Positions 1 to 10,909 of a stretch of 64,000 bases of DNA are shown in pieces. Origin of the DNA: an uncultured virus (IMG/VR IMGVR_UViG_3300010342_000399) (taxonomy: Duplodnaviria; Heunggongvirae; Uroviricota; Caudoviricetes). The stretch lies in the IMG/VR virus record IMGVR_UViG_3300010342_000399. One strand, 5' to 3'. The stretch's first letter is position 1. Every line of letters begins with the position of its first letter. Position numbers and translations under genes: made by a program. Below the pieces are notes generated by a model. It made no database searches. It saw nothing but the letters and a program-made list of their open reading frames with translations, and had not been told where the DNA came from.

Positions 1-177
1 CGGGGTGTTTCTGGAACCCAAAATTATTAAAAAATAATTACCACCCCTGCGGGGTGTTTCTGGAACCCAAAATTATTAAAAAATAATTACCACCCCTGCG
101 GGGTGTTTCTGGAACCCAAAATTATTAAAAAATAATTACCACCCCTGCGGGGTGTTTCTGGAACCCAAAATTATTAT
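1..177. repeat. Tandem array of an identical 49-bp unit (3 full copies plus a partial; may continue left of the window)
   Basis: cggggtgtttctggaacccaaaattattaaaaaataattaccacccctg starts at 1, 50, 99 and 148. Confidence 0.97.
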
Positions 178-251
178 ATCTCTCAATTTCTGTGTTTTAA
201 ACCACCCAAATCTCATAAATCTATGATATACAATATAATATATAAATTTTT

Positions 252-317
252 CGGGTTCCAGTATACCCCGCCAGGGGTAATTTCTCGGGTTCCAGTATAC
301 CCCGCCAGGGGTAATTT
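252..317. repeat. Two 34-bp direct repeats, inverted relatives of the GC core of the 49-bp unit
   Basis: cgggttccagtataccccgccaggggtaattt at 252 and 286; reverse complement of the 49-mer core is gggttccagaaacaccccgcaggggt. Confidence 0.9.
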
Positions 318-650
318 TTCCGGATTTTTAAAAAAGTGTTTCGAGATTCACACACAAGACAATCCCCGGCCGGGTCCTCATTACTGGAATTTAAAATAGA
401 AGTTCCTATAAATCTGTGATATTAGTGATATAAAGATATAAAGTTTATAACTTTATATTTTACGGCAAAATATGGTGAAAAGTAGATTAAAGTGGGGTTA
501 TTATCCATCAAGTCTATTTAATTATCTCAAGAATTATCAAATTGATTTTCCGCAGTTTGTTCCATCAGAATTGTGGTGAGTTAGAAATTTGTTTAAAATA
601 TTTACTGGTATCATTGATTCATTGTGTAAATTCATAATATATATTATTTT

Positions 651-1091
651 TTAATTATCAAACCAGAATACTATCATTACTTCATTTTGTTTCTTATTTT
701 CAAGTTCTCTCATTAATTTAAGAAGTACTTTATACTCTAGAGGTGGTTTGGATTTTGTTTGTTCTCTATACCATTTCAAAGCTTGGTTATATTCATCAAC
801 AGATAAATAATTATGAGAATGTGAGTCGGGATTAATTACATCGTCTCTGTTACAGATATTATGTTTATCATTGTAAATTGGGTTATGTAAATCCTCTTCG
901 ATAGTTAGTGAGATTTTGTTTGGTAGTCCGCGAGGATTAAATGATTTATTCCAATCAGTTCTTACGCCGGATGCTAGTATTCCAAACATATCATAATTTC
1001 TGCCAGGATTTATTCTTCCGCCAAAGTTATTCCAGGATTCATCATATTTTTTGTTTTTATATTGGATATACATATGAATATCGCAACCCAT
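651..1091 (-). CDS. Conserved phage hypothetical protein
   Basis: MGCDIH start, RNYxxFxxLA, HSH and FWFDN end; a pattern common in phage hypotheticals. Confidence 0.8.
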   Translation of the reverse strand: MGCDIHMYIQYKNKKYDESWNNFGGRINPGRNYDMFGILASGVRTDWNKSFNPRGLPNKISLTIEEDLHNPIYNDKHNICNRDDVINPDSHSHNYLSVDEYNQALKWYREQTKSKPPLEYKVLLKLMRELENKKQNEVMIVFWFDN

Positions 1092-1236
1092 AATTTTAGT
1101 TTTTAATTATATTATATATCAACAGGGAATTTTTCTTTTTTTGGATCATATCAAATAAATTTTAATAATTAATTTTGATGTAAAGCTAAAAACTTTTTTT
1201 ATAATTTCCAAATATTTAGATAAAAAAATATTGGGA

Positions 1237-1554
1237 TTAATTTTCGAGATATATTATATAATCTATATTTGACCATCCGCCATGAGCGGTTACTATATGT
1301 ATATTTCGTTTGCAGTATTGAGAAGGTAATTGAGAAATTAGTTTATCGTTATCATATTTTAAATTCAGGGGATTTTCGATTTGAATAGTGATATTGCCCC
1401 ATTCATTTCTTTTTAATATTTCTTTTATTAGTTCTTCCACGGTGCATGGTTTATCAATTTCCACATGATATCCCATTGTGCAATTTTCTCCGTATTCTAC
1501 AAGTGTTAATTGTCTCATTATGATATAAATATATCTCCTTTTATGTCTGGTCAC
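1237..1554 (-). CDS. Hypothetical protein (true start probably the internal Met)
   Basis: ORF ending in GGWSxxDY motif. Confidence 0.65.
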   Translation of the reverse strand: MTRHKRRYIYIIMRQLTLVEYGENCTMGYHVEIDKPCTVEELIKEILKRNEWGNITIQIENPLNLKYDNDKLISQLPSQYCKRNIHIVTAHGGWSNIDYIIYLEN

Positions 1555-2311
1555 ATTTTTCTTAATTCTTCCACGATATAATCAATCTATAATAACGAGG
1601 TCTGGGCATTTTATATCAGAAGGTATTTGATCTATATTATCGCAACTTTCAAGAACAAGGTCGTCAGTAACAGAATGAAAAATCGTCATCAATATTTAAA
1701 TCATCTTCATTTAATTTTGTGCCTAACAACTTCAAGAATTTTAAAAAGATAATGTACAATAATTTTGGAAAAAATCATTAACAACATTCCTATTAAAAGA
1801 GAAACAACCATAAGTTTCCAATCAATAAAAATGCGTTTTATGACTGGCAATCCATATAATATATATGGTATAAGTAATATAAAAAAAACCACGAGCTCAA
1901 GTAAATACTTGACAAAAAGTTTGTCATTTATAATCGATTTTTTCATACTCATTTTTTTAATTTTAATTATTACAAATATAAGAAAATTTATAAAAAAAAC
2001 AAAAAATATAATTAACAACAAAGTAAGTTACAAATATGTTAAATTATAATTTAATTTTGATTATTTTTGTGTGATGTGTCTTTAAATTATGTTCACCTAT
2101 TATACTATCAATCCATTCTTAAATATTAACGTTTCCATCTTTATCAACATGGGCTGGTTTACCAATCCTGTCAATTTGCTTATCATCTTTTAAAACAGTA
2201 ACTGGCCAAACCATGCCATACGGGTTATTTTTGGTGATAGATTTCTTTTGCAACCGTTTTAAGGGATTTTTTTGTGGTTTAATAAATATGTCACACATAA
2301 ACCAATGTGAA

Positions 2312-2671
2312 TTAATCATTTTTGGTGTAATAATATGTTTTGGTGATATCATTGCCAAACAATAATTTTGAAAGTGTTGAATTATTGGCTGTGTCATGAG
2401 ATTTTATTTCAATTTCTAATTTCTTTTTCTTACTATGTTTAAGTTGTTCAGCAAAATGTTCGAGAATTATTTTTTCATCTTTTTCTGTAATTATTTGATC
2501 CATGACTTCGTTAGCCCTTTTATTTGATCTAATTAAAGATGCGGCAGTATATCCCAGGCCAATTAATGTTCCGACAGGACCCAGAAATGTAGTTAATGCT
2601 GCTATGACGAGGCTACCGCTAACTACAGAACCCTCATATGCGGATGTATGTATTTCTGCTTTAATTCCCAT
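2312..2671 (-). CDS. Hypothetical membrane protein
   Basis: Gly-rich hydrophobic hairpin; abuts the upstream ORF. Confidence 0.6.
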   Translation of the reverse strand: MGIKAEIHTSAYEGSVVSGSLVIAALTTFLGPVGTLIGLGYTAASLIRSNKRANEVMDQIITEKDEKIILEHFAEQLKHSKKKKLEIEIKSHDTANNSTLSKLLFGNDITKTYYYTKND

Positions 2672-3007
2672 TTATCTTATTTTTATTGTAAGAAGTTTAG
2701 GTTGTATTCTGAAAATTCCTCTTTCTTCGCCATAAAGTTCCAAATCCCAGTTTGTTTTTCCTGGATTTTCTTTAATTGTGGTTATAAAGGATTCTTTTGC
2801 GCTTCGAATTTCTTCGATTCTTTTATAGATTTTAGCGAGTTCAATGTTTGTTTCGTTATTTGAATAACTAATTCTTTCATCAAATTCGTTTTTGGGGGAG
2901 TAGAGTAATTGTGGTGTATTATACCACGAGGAGACCGTAGGTAAAAAATTGTATTCTGAATCTTCATCGGCGAATCTCCTGAAACGGGGTGATAAATCGG
3001 GTATCAT
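2672..3007 (-). CDS. Hypothetical protein
   Basis: 111-aa ORF with upstream GAGGAG. Confidence 0.6.
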   Translation of the reverse strand: MIPDLSPRFRRFADEDSEYNFLPTVSSWYNTPQLLYSPKNEFDERISYSNNETNIELAKIYKRIEEIRSAKESFITTIKENPGKTNWDLELYGEERGIFRIQPKLLTIKIR

Positions 3008-3128
3008 GACTATTCCTCCTCATAATTTTAATTTAAATTCGTCTATATATAATTATCATAATCAATATCAAATATAAGAAAAATATTTAACATTGCAATA
3101 GTATTTTTGATAATTTTATATATTTTCG

Positions 3129-3563
3129 TTAAATTTTAATTTTTTTCAATTCTTCAAAAAGTTCTTTTTCATCAAAAAAGACATTTTTTGCAAATTGATA
3201 CATAACATCCCATCTTTCAGGTTCTTTATCAAAAAACACAAAACATAATTTACCTTGGCCAATCATATATCCTAATTCGAGATGTGCTGATTTTCCTGCT
3301 GGCATTACGAGAATACCAACGTTAGCTCTGTCAATGTGATATTTATCGAATTCGAAAATATGTTTTCCTGCCCAATTATTTAGAGCTTGTTTATAGGTGC
3401 TTCCACGAACTTTTTCATATTTTCTCCAGAAATCATCGGCTTCTGGGCCAGGACTAAACCAATCATCAAAAACCTCAAATCCTATTTCTCTGATTTTTTT
3501 GGCAATATGTGGTATTTTCTCATTTTTAAGGCTTCCAATAATATATATTATCGGGTTTTCCAT
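3129..3563 (-). CDS. Nucleoside 2-deoxyribosyltransferase-like protein
   Basis: IYIIGS start, D..HID.A, and GKSAHLELGYMIG motif with the catalytic-type Glu. Confidence 0.75.
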   Translation of the reverse strand: MENPIIYIIGSLKNEKIPHIAKKIREIGFEVFDDWFSPGPEADDFWRKYEKVRGSTYKQALNNWAGKHIFEFDKYHIDRANVGILVMPAGKSAHLELGYMIGQGKLCFVFFDKEPERWDVMYQFAKNVFFDEKELFEELKKIKI

Positions 3564-3569
3564 AATTAT

Positions 3570-3842
3570 TTATATATCATTATCATCAAATTCAATTTCA
3601 AAATCTTGTTCTAGTGGTAAGGGGGCGATATAATCCAATTTGAATTCTTGATAACCCTCAGGACTATCTCTAAGCTCTAGCATAATAGCGAGAGCCAATT
3701 GAGCTGGCCCAGATCCGGCGTATCCATGAGAAAATCCATCAGGTGAATGATTCCTGTATGCTTGGCTTCGTTTGGGATCAAGTATTTTTCCATCTAGCCA
3801 GTAAGTGTTAGTTTTTTTGTTACATCTTAATATGTGCTTCAT
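3570..3842 (-). CDS. DUF6166-like protein
   Basis: HSPDGFSHGYAGSGPAQLALAI motif. Confidence 0.7.
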   Translation of the reverse strand: MKHILRCNKKTNTYWLDGKILDPKRSQAYRNHSPDGFSHGYAGSGPAQLALAIMLELRDSPEGYQEFKLDYIAPLPLEQDFEIEFDDNDI

Positions 3843-3885
3843 TTTTTTATTAATTAAGTTTAACCGTCAGGAATAATTTTAAGTT

Positions 3886-4845
3886 TTATATATGACAATC
3901 AAAAAGGCTCAATAGTGTGTCATCTGGAAGTTTATCAAGAAGTTTATCAAATTTTTGATACCAGATATCATCACTTTTTCCATTCTTTTCATCCCACTTA
4001 CCATCTTTAAGAATGGCAAATGTGCTTATATGTGAGTGTTTTTTAATATATTCTTCCCGTGTTTGAGGAATATATTTTTTAGGATTTTTACTTGTATTTT
4101 CTATTCCAAATTTAAAATAATACGTAATCGGATCAAAATTTTCGGATTGTCTAGCTTTTTCAAATTCATCATAATTTTTAGATGAAACTTCAAATGCTTT
4201 TTGTCTCATTGCATCAAAATCAATGTCTTTTTTATAAGCCTGATCTGCGGTGCCATATTTAGCTCTTCTATCTGAAACAAAACTATATTCTCCAATAACT
4301 CCTTTTGCATGTGGTTTCAATATGAAAAAACCGGTCCATCTTCCGCCAAGTTGATACCAATTCCATTTTGCCTGTGGATTAAAATAATAACCTTGTTGAT
4401 TAGTATCATCTATATTATGCCAATATTTAAGATAATCTTCATATTTTGGATACTTATCTTTAATAGACATTTTTTTTGGTGCTGCTATTTTTCTAATTAG
4501 AAATTTATCATTTGTTAAAACTTCATCAACTTCAAACCATGAGTAATTTTTAGATATTATTCCATTTTCTAAAATACAATATGTTTTAAATTTATCATTC
4601 AATTTGGGTTTATCTTCTTTAATATCAATAATGGCAACACGACCCACTTTTGAATTTTTAAGTTCGTCAAATAATTCTTTTGTGATTATTATTGAATTTG
4701 ATGAATAAAATTGATATGTTTTACCTTGCTCATATTGTTGTTGAAATTCTTGTGTTTTGTCATAAAATTCCACACTAAGATTTTCATCAAATGGTGCTAG
4801 TTGTTTTTCAGGATTTTCTCCTATAACAAGTACTGTAAAATGCAT
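3886..4845 (-). CDS. Conserved phage hypothetical protein
   Basis: HFTVLVIG, NPQAKWNWYQLGGRW and terminal DCHI motifs. Confidence 0.8.
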   Translation of the reverse strand: MHFTVLVIGENPEKQLAPFDENLSVEFYDKTQEFQQQYEQGKTYQFYSSNSIIITKELFDELKNSKVGRVAIIDIKEDKPKLNDKFKTYCILENGIISKNYSWFEVDEVLTNDKFLIRKIAAPKKMSIKDKYPKYEDYLKYWHNIDDTNQQGYYFNPQAKWNWYQLGGRWTGFFILKPHAKGVIGEYSFVSDRRAKYGTADQAYKKDIDFDAMRQKAFEVSSKNYDEFEKARQSENFDPITYYFKFGIENTSKNPKKYIPQTREEYIKKHSHISTFAILKDGKWDEKNGKSDDIWYQKFDKLLDKLPDDTLLSLFDCHI

Positions 4846-4868
4846 GGTTTAACAAGTTTAATTTTTTA

Positions 4869-5411
4869 TTATTTTTTAAAAAATATTTGACCAAGAAACT
4901 TTCCCATATCTCTACCAAAATTCAAAGCGGCGCTATCTTCTTCACCCTCATTTGAAAAAAAACTTTTTGATTTGGGTTTTTTAACTATTTTCGAAAAATC
5001 GGGTTTTTCGGAGAAATTATTATTTTCTTCACTTGAAGATGGAATATATGTTGATTCAGCATCTTTGAATATTTTCGAAAAATTAGGTTTTTCGAAAAGA
5101 GATTCTTGTTTTACTTTGGGTGATTCTATTCTATCATTATATATGTAATTTTCATTTTCTTTATCATAAGTAAGTTTAGATATTATTCTATAATTTCTAA
5201 GAATTTGATATCCCAGTCTTTCTTTTCCCATGTGTCTGCCTTCAACAACATATGCAGGATTTTCAAGATCTTTTGAAATAGATATACAGGCATGATATGA
5301 AAGAGATGGAATAATTATTTTTACAAAATTATCTTCAATAATGGCTTCATAAACATATATTTGTTCTTCCTCTGGTAAAGGTTCTCCAAATTTAATGTAT
5401 ATTTTTTTCAT
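4869..5411 (-). CDS. Hypothetical protein with a short internal duplication
   Basis: FEKPNFSKI and SEKPDFSKI. Confidence 0.7.
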   Translation of the reverse strand: MKKIYIKFGEPLPEEEQIYVYEAIIEDNFVKIIIPSLSYHACISISKDLENPAYVVEGRHMGKERLGYQILRNYRIISKLTYDKENENYIYNDRIESPKVKQESLFEKPNFSKIFKDAESTYIPSSSEENNNFSEKPDFSKIVKKPKSKSFFSNEGEEDSAALNFGRDMGKFLGQIFFKK

Positions 5412-5440
5412 GGCTTTATTAAGTTTAATTTATTTCTATA

Positions 5441-5473
5441 ACAAAGATATGTATTAATCTTTAAAGTGCCAAA
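5441..5473 (-). promoter_or_regulatory. Bacteroidota housekeeping-sigma-type promoter (representative copy)
   Basis: Minus strand TTTG..N..TATCTTTGT; similar sites near 8416, 10262, 15413, 20419, 37229 and 42687. Confidence 0.7.
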
Positions 5474-5539
5474 TATTTTTAAATTTTTTAAGAATATTAT
5501 ATTTGAAAAGAGAACTGTATTAACTTCCATTTATTTAAA

Positions 5540-6019
5540 TTAGAATTTAACTATGGCGCCCATTAAAATTATTGGTGCTTTATTTGTAAAATTATATCCA
5601 CCGCCAACATTTACAAAATCCATAAATGTAATTGTTCCCGCGGCAGTAAGATTTGCTGTGGATATTTCGGTCCAATTATATCCAACAAGAAGAAGAGCGT
5701 TAACACCGAAGTTACAATATGGTTCTCCATTATACTGAATATAATGACGATATCCAATACCGGGGCCGGCAGAACTAAGAGGGCTTGAGACCCATTTTTT
5801 ATCGGTTTTAACATATTCAAGTTGTACTGCTGTAATTTCAGCATTAAACTTGAATAACCATACTCCTTGAGTGGGATCAATTATACCTCTATATTTCATT
5901 ATGTCAGGATTAGTGAACAAATCTTTTTCGACGGGTTTAAAAAATCCCTTAAAAGGATTTTGTGCTAATACTGTGACAGAACCAAGAACAAATAAACATA
6001 AAATAATAATTTTTTTCAT
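5540..6019 (-). CDS. Secreted or outer-membrane beta-rich protein
   Basis: Signal peptide MKKIIILCLFVLGSVTVLA-Q; C-terminal Phe. Confidence 0.65.
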   Translation of the reverse strand: MKKIIILCLFVLGSVTVLAQNPFKGFFKPVEKDLFTNPDIMKYRGIIDPTQGVWLFKFNAEITAVQLEYVKTDKKWVSSPLSSAGPGIGYRHYIQYNGEPYCNFGVNALLLVGYNWTEISTANLTAAGTITFMDFVNVGGGYNFTNKAPIILMGAIVKF

Positions 6020-6295
6020 TTTTTTATGTTTAAATTAATATTAAAATATAATTAAAAAAATCAAAAATTTTCTTTTGGAACGATCTTCTCTAGCTTTTTG
6101 TATTAGTTTCATCTTTTATGGTATTAAGATGTTTGTAATTGTTAATATTATTTTCATTTAAATTATTTTTTTGAAATTCAATAAATTGTATTTTTATTTG
6201 AAGTTCTTCAATTTTTGATATTATTCTATCAACAACAAATGTAATATTATTAACATGATTTTTAATAGGTGCTTTTCCACGGCAACATATAATAT

Positions 6296-6565
6296 TTAAT
6301 TTTTTTCATTATTTTGTTTGTAATCAAAATATAATGAAATTCCATAACTTATAATTCCAATTGCAGCAAAAATTAATCCTATAGATATACCTAAATCAGT
6401 AATTTTAAGATGTGGGTTTGAAATTAATAAAAAAGATAGTATAGTGCCCGATATTAATATAAATGAAATTGAAATTGTATTAAGTATTGTAAATTTATCT
6501 TTCATTAATATATTTTTTAAGGAATTAAATCTTTTTTCGAGATATTTTTCCCAGTTTTTCTTCAT
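6296..6565 (-). CDS. Small two-TM membrane protein
   Basis: Two hydrophobic segments. Confidence 0.6.
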   Translation of the reverse strand: MKKNWEKYLEKRFNSLKNILMKDKFTILNTISISFILISGTILSFLLISNPHLKITDLGISIGLIFAAIGIISYGISLYFDYKQNNEKN

Positions 6566-6600
6566 TTTTCGATTTTATTAAAATAGAGTTTAAATTTAAT

Positions 6601-7128
6601 TTATCCACTAAAACCAAAACATTTTGAATTGGTGATGATGTAAAGGTAAAAACTTTTTTTGTAATTGCCAAATATTTTGGTAAATATTTTAAGAAATAAT
6701 GTTCGGGATCTATTTGGTATTTGTTTAATCATTATCTTTATGAACCATGCTGGCGGGCTAATGAATCCATATTTGGCGACAAGAATATTTGATAACCTTT
6801 TGGGTATTAATCCCCATATTGGAGCATTGGTGGACATCATTTCATCCATACCTTTTGCGATTCCACTAAGAGTGCCCGCAACTCCTACCATTTTAACTAG
6901 TCCGCTTCTTTGTTTTCTAACGGCAACGAATCCTTGATTTTGATCTCCGTAAAATGTCCAGTTTCTTGCTCGTCATGGGATAAATTGTAATATTGGAATT
7001 CTTCATTTATTGGCTGTGAAAGATTATTAAGGTTTTCAACCAATAAATCTAACATCGGAATATTTTTTTTTACCGTCGGCTGGTAAATTAAGATTTTCTG
7101 CTTGTTTTTCGTTGATAAGGAGTTTCAT
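6601..7128 (-). pseudogene. Frameshifted or deleted hypothetical gene
   Basis: ATG at 7128 (MKLLINE) after a TATTTAT motif; RARNWTFYGDQ..VAVRKQRSGLVKMVGVAG lies in a different frame. Confidence 0.5.
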
Positions 7129-7182
7129 AATAATAATAAATATTAACCAAATGAATTCCTTATCTTTAAAAAATATTATTAT

Positions 7183-7428
7183 TTATTTCTTTTTAAATCC
7201 TGTTTCTTCGTCATTTAATTCTTTTAACGCTTTGACATATCTATCTGGAAGATAATTAATATTATGATCCCACTCTTCTTCGGTCAAATAAGAAACGGAC
7301 ATTGGTATAAAAAATTTTCTATTTAAAATATCAATAAAAAAATAGTATCCATCATATATGGATATTCCTTCATTAGAAAGGGCATAAGTGTCACCATAAC
7401 CTGGTGTACAATAATAAATGAGTTTCAT
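7183..7428 (-). CDS. Hypothetical protein
   Basis: ATGA overlap with the upstream ORF. Confidence 0.65.
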   Translation of the reverse strand: MKLIYYCTPGYGDTYALSNEGISIYDGYYFFIDILNRKFFIPMSVSYLTEEEWDHNINYLPDRYVKALKELNDEETGFKKK

Positions 7429-7670
7429 TTTTCAGTTTTATTAAAATAAGGTTTAAATTTAATTTTTCCACATTCTGAACATTTCCATTCACTTTTAGGG
7501 ATTTCAGATTCGTAAACATTTCTTATGAAAATTAAATTATGTTTAGGGCATTTTTTTACAATTTTTTTATTTTGTATTTCAGCCACTCTTTCAATTAATC
7601 TAATATATGTCATATCTTTGCCACCCCATTTGAGATCATCATTTGAAAAATCTTCAATTTTCTTTTTCAT
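7425..7670 (-). CDS. Small zinc-ribbon protein
   Basis: CPKH..CSEC. Confidence 0.65.
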   Translation of the reverse strand: MKKKIEDFSNDDLKWGGKDMTYIRLIERVAEIQNKKIVKKCPKHNLIFIRNVYESEIPKSEWKCSECGKIKFKPYFNKTEK

Positions 7671-7776
7671 AATTTTATTGCGGTAATTAATAGATAAAAT
7701 ATAATAAAAAATATGTACGAGACTAATAATGTTGTGATTAATAATGATCTTCCAAAAGTATGAATAATTTCTTTCA

Positions 7777-8334
7777 TTATTTTCTCCAACGAATTGATTC
7801 TAAATATGCTTTTGTGTAATCGGGGGCGTCATCGGGAGACCACACCATTAGCTTATCTCTTACCATAATAACAGAATATGTAGTAGTACCAAAATTACTC
7901 AGTCTATTACATTTGTTAGTTTCCATTCGTAAATTTCTTAGTGTAATTTTTTCATTTGCTTCATCGTATGTATATTTTCCTTTTGCTATTAAATGGGAAA
8001 CATCACTATTATTTGATTTTACTTTAAATGTCTGAACAGATAAAAATTTTACAATACGTATATCAAAATGATAATTATCTATTAACCATTTTGTTGCAAT
8101 TATGGATGAATCATTTAATGATGATAATGATGATAATGATGATAATGAAACCATAATTACTGGTCGATTTATATTTTCAGGTTGTATACTTGGAATATTC
8201 AATGGCACTTGAAATGCAATAATACATACGGATTCAGACGACCATTTTCCTTTTATTTGTCTAAGAAGAATGTTTTGTCCATAAGTTTCTATCGAAATTA
8301 CTATAAGTATAACTAAAAATAGTGCCCTTTTCAT
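7777..8334 (-). CDS. Secreted lipocalin-like hypothetical protein
   Basis: Signal peptide, IKGKW motif, SLS microsatellite insert. Confidence 0.6.
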   Translation of the reverse strand: MKRALFLVILIVISIETYGQNILLRQIKGKWSSESVCIIAFQVPLNIPSIQPENINRPVIMVSLSSLSSLSSLNDSSIIATKWLIDNYHFDIRIVKFLSVQTFKVKSNNSDVSHLIAKGKYTYDEANEKITLRNLRMETNKCNRLSNFGTTTYSVIMVRDKLMVWSPDDAPDYTKAYLESIRWRK

Positions 8335-8451
8335 TAATCGTTTATTTATTTGAAAATAAATCTTTGAGTAGTTTTTCTTTCATGATATTAAATTTAATGT
8401 GTGTTCATTGAACTTACAAAGTTAAAAACATTTTTAGTAATTATCAAATTT

Positions 8452-8844
8452 TTAATACATTTCTTTACCGCAAAATTTACAACAATATCCTTCAGTCGGA
8501 TCTGAAGAACATGCACATGGATGATGTTTACCATCTGGACTTTTTTTACATTCTATTTTTCTTCTGAAATGTTTTAATTTATTTTGTTCCATTAAACGTT
8601 CAATTTCGAAAACAAATTCTAACATAATTTCATGAAGATTATCTCTCATTGTTTCATCACAATTAGGATAATATTTGTTAATTATTGTATCAGGAATAAA
8701 GTTGCCATTATTTTCAAATTTGTTTCGATAAATTTTGTCAAAGTATTCTATTAATGGCTGGGCGGTTAGTTTTTTTGAACATTTAATGGCAAGCAATATT
8801 ATATCTTCCTGTTCTTCGGGACTGAATTTTCTTAATATCATCAT
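8452..8844 (-). CDS. Hypothetical protein with a C-terminal Cys/His zinc site
   Basis: C..SPDGKH..CCKFCG. Confidence 0.7.
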   Translation of the reverse strand: MMILRKFSPEEQEDIILLAIKCSKKLTAQPLIEYFDKIYRNKFENNGNFIPDTIINKYYPNCDETMRDNLHEIMLEFVFEIERLMEQNKLKHFRRKIECKKSPDGKHHPCACSSDPTEGYCCKFCGKEMY

Positions 8845-9018
8845 ATTAAATATTTAATCATCTTATGATGTAAATATAATAAAAATATTTTAGACGGCAA
8901 AATTATTTTAAAATTATTATGTGTTTTATGATTTTTTATAAAAGAGTTCTAATTCTTTTCATCTCTTCTTTAAGACTATCTTTGAAATTATATTGATCAA
9001 TATAATTTTTAATGGATG

Positions 9019-9612
9019 TTAATGGAATTTTAACTTTTCTGGTGGGTTCAATATCATATAATCATTACCTGATTCTATTAAATTTATATATTCTTCTATA
9101 TTATCCATTAGTACATTAATGTCCTTAAAACCAAAAACTTTTTTCATAAAACTGCGTTGTTTTTCTCGTGGTAATTGTTCAAATTTTTGGGCAAGAACTT
9201 TAAATGTTTGTTTATTTTGAAGTAATTGATTTAATTGTTGTTTTAATAATGGAGATATTTGATTATATAGTCTTTTATGTGATCTTTCACTTTATAAATA
9301 TTCTATATCTTTTTTTAACTTAGCAAACGAATCATATTCTACAACTGGTTTTGGTAACTTATTAAGATATAATTTATTTTCTCGAAGAAATTTATGAAAA
9401 TTTTCAATATCAGGTAATGGTATCCCATCTCTAAAATAAAATTTAAGAAGAAGAAATGTATATCCGTCTCCTTTAGTTATATTAACTATATCATCAAAGA
9501 TTTTTTTTCCTATAGGATTTGTTGTAGGATTTAAATTTCTATCTTTTAAAAATCTAATTGCTTGATTAGGATTTTCATTAAGTAACTCTTCAAATAATAT
9601 AGATATATTCAT
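9019..9612 (-). pseudogene. Late-type hypothetical gene with an in-frame TAA
   Basis: The frame stays open for 90 more codons after the TAA at 9292-9294. Confidence 0.55.
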
Positions 9613-9651
9613 AATAAGTCAATTCTATTATAAATATATCTGAATAGTACA

Positions 9652-10221
9652 TTATTTTGAAATTTTTATTCGATCAAGTTTTTCTTGTTCTATTAAAATT
9701 TTTTGTCGACATCTTCGAATAGTTCCAGTTACTGTATTAATGGGTATATTTAATTTATTAGCAATTTCTTTACATTTTTTGTTTTCTTCAATTCTCATGA
9801 ATAATATTTTTTTATATTTTTCATTTAGATTCTCAATTATGAAATCAAATATTTTCTCGCGTTCTTTAGCAATTAATTCATCTTCAGGATTAGAATTATA
9901 CGGCATTGTATCATCCAATTCAACTAATCTTGCCCGAATAGATTGGAATCTAATATAATCAATTGCTAAATTTCTAGCAATTTTAAATATCCATGTAGAT
10001 AATTTATAATTAGGAACAAAATTTTTAATATTTGTGAACGCTTTTTCAAATGTTATCATTGTTAAATCCTCAGCAGTAGTAATATCGTTTACTATATTAT
10101 ATACTATATAAAATACATTAAATCTATTACGATTGAATATTTCAATAAATGCTTTTTGATCATTATGTTGGGCTCGTTTTAAAAGATCTAGTTCTTTCAA
10201 TTTTTCATTTTTAGACGACAT
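9652..10221 (-). CDS. ECF (sigma-70 group 4) sigma factor
   Basis: AEDLTMITFEKAF and STWIFKIARNLAIDY (region 2); EIANKLNIPINTV (region 4 HTH). Confidence 0.92.
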   Translation of the reverse strand: MSSKNEKLKELDLLKRAQHNDQKAFIEIFNRNRFNVFYIVYNIVNDITTAEDLTMITFEKAFTNIKNFVPNYKLSTWIFKIARNLAIDYIRFQSIRARLVELDDTMPYNSNPEDELIAKEREKIFDFIIENLNEKYKKILFMRIEENKKCKEIANKLNIPINTVTGTIRRCRQKILIEQEKLDRIKISK

Positions 10222-10316
10222 AATTTTAATTATTTTTATATTTTTACTTATAAATTTAAAAACAAATATAAAAATGATTTAATTAAAATCCAAATTATAC
10301 TGATGTTAATTTAAAA

Positions 10317-10853
10317 TTAAAAAAAGAAAAATTTATTATCATCTTTGTTTAATTTTTTTGATGTAATTTTTTTGAAGATGGTATTAATTTCTGACATGTC
10401 TTTTAATATCCCATTTTTCTCTACTCTTTGTATAGGTAATATTCCATCTAAATGGTCCATTTGATGTGAAATCAATTTCGCGTCAATACCATAAAATATA
10501 TCTGTATGATATTCTTTATTCTCATCATACCATTCAAGTTCTAATGATATGGGTCTATTAATATAAAATTTGTGTCCCGGATATGATAAACATGATTCTT
10601 TATATCCTTCTACATATTTGCTAACTTTGATTATTTTAGGGTTAATAAAAACATGATAATCATCTATAAACATAATAAAAACACGCTTATTAATACCCAC
10701 AATAGGTCCATTAATAGCTACGCATGGAGTGGCGACATTCAATGTATCATCAAGATTTTTAATAATATCAGGTAATAAAGGATCATTTAAATCAATTATA
10801 TTTCCACCTAAAGATAATATTGGATCATTATAAGTATATATTGGTAATATCAT
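10317..10853 (-). CDS. def: Peptide deformylase homolog, degenerate active site
   Basis: FINPKI, ESCLSYPG, HQMDHLDG (HEXXH Glu replaced by Gln). Confidence 0.85.
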   Translation of the reverse strand: MILPIYTYNDPILSLGGNIIDLNDPLLPDIIKNLDDTLNVATPCVAINGPIVGINKRVFIMFIDDYHVFINPKIIKVSKYVEGYKESCLSYPGHKFYINRPISLELEWYDENKEYHTDIFYGIDAKLISHQMDHLDGILPIQRVEKNGILKDMSEINTIFKKITSKKLNKDDNKFFFF

Positions 10854-10909
10854 GCGTACCTCTTTATATTAAATACGCATTAATGTTATAATTTAAGATT
10901 GTTTTTTTA

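Noticed and set aside
1..177. CRISPR array
   Set aside because: Units are identical end to end with no unique spacers, and no cas genes are present.
8117..8147. 9-bp microsatellite encoding SLSSLSSLSSL
   Set aside because: In-frame low-complexity expansion with no sign of phase variation.
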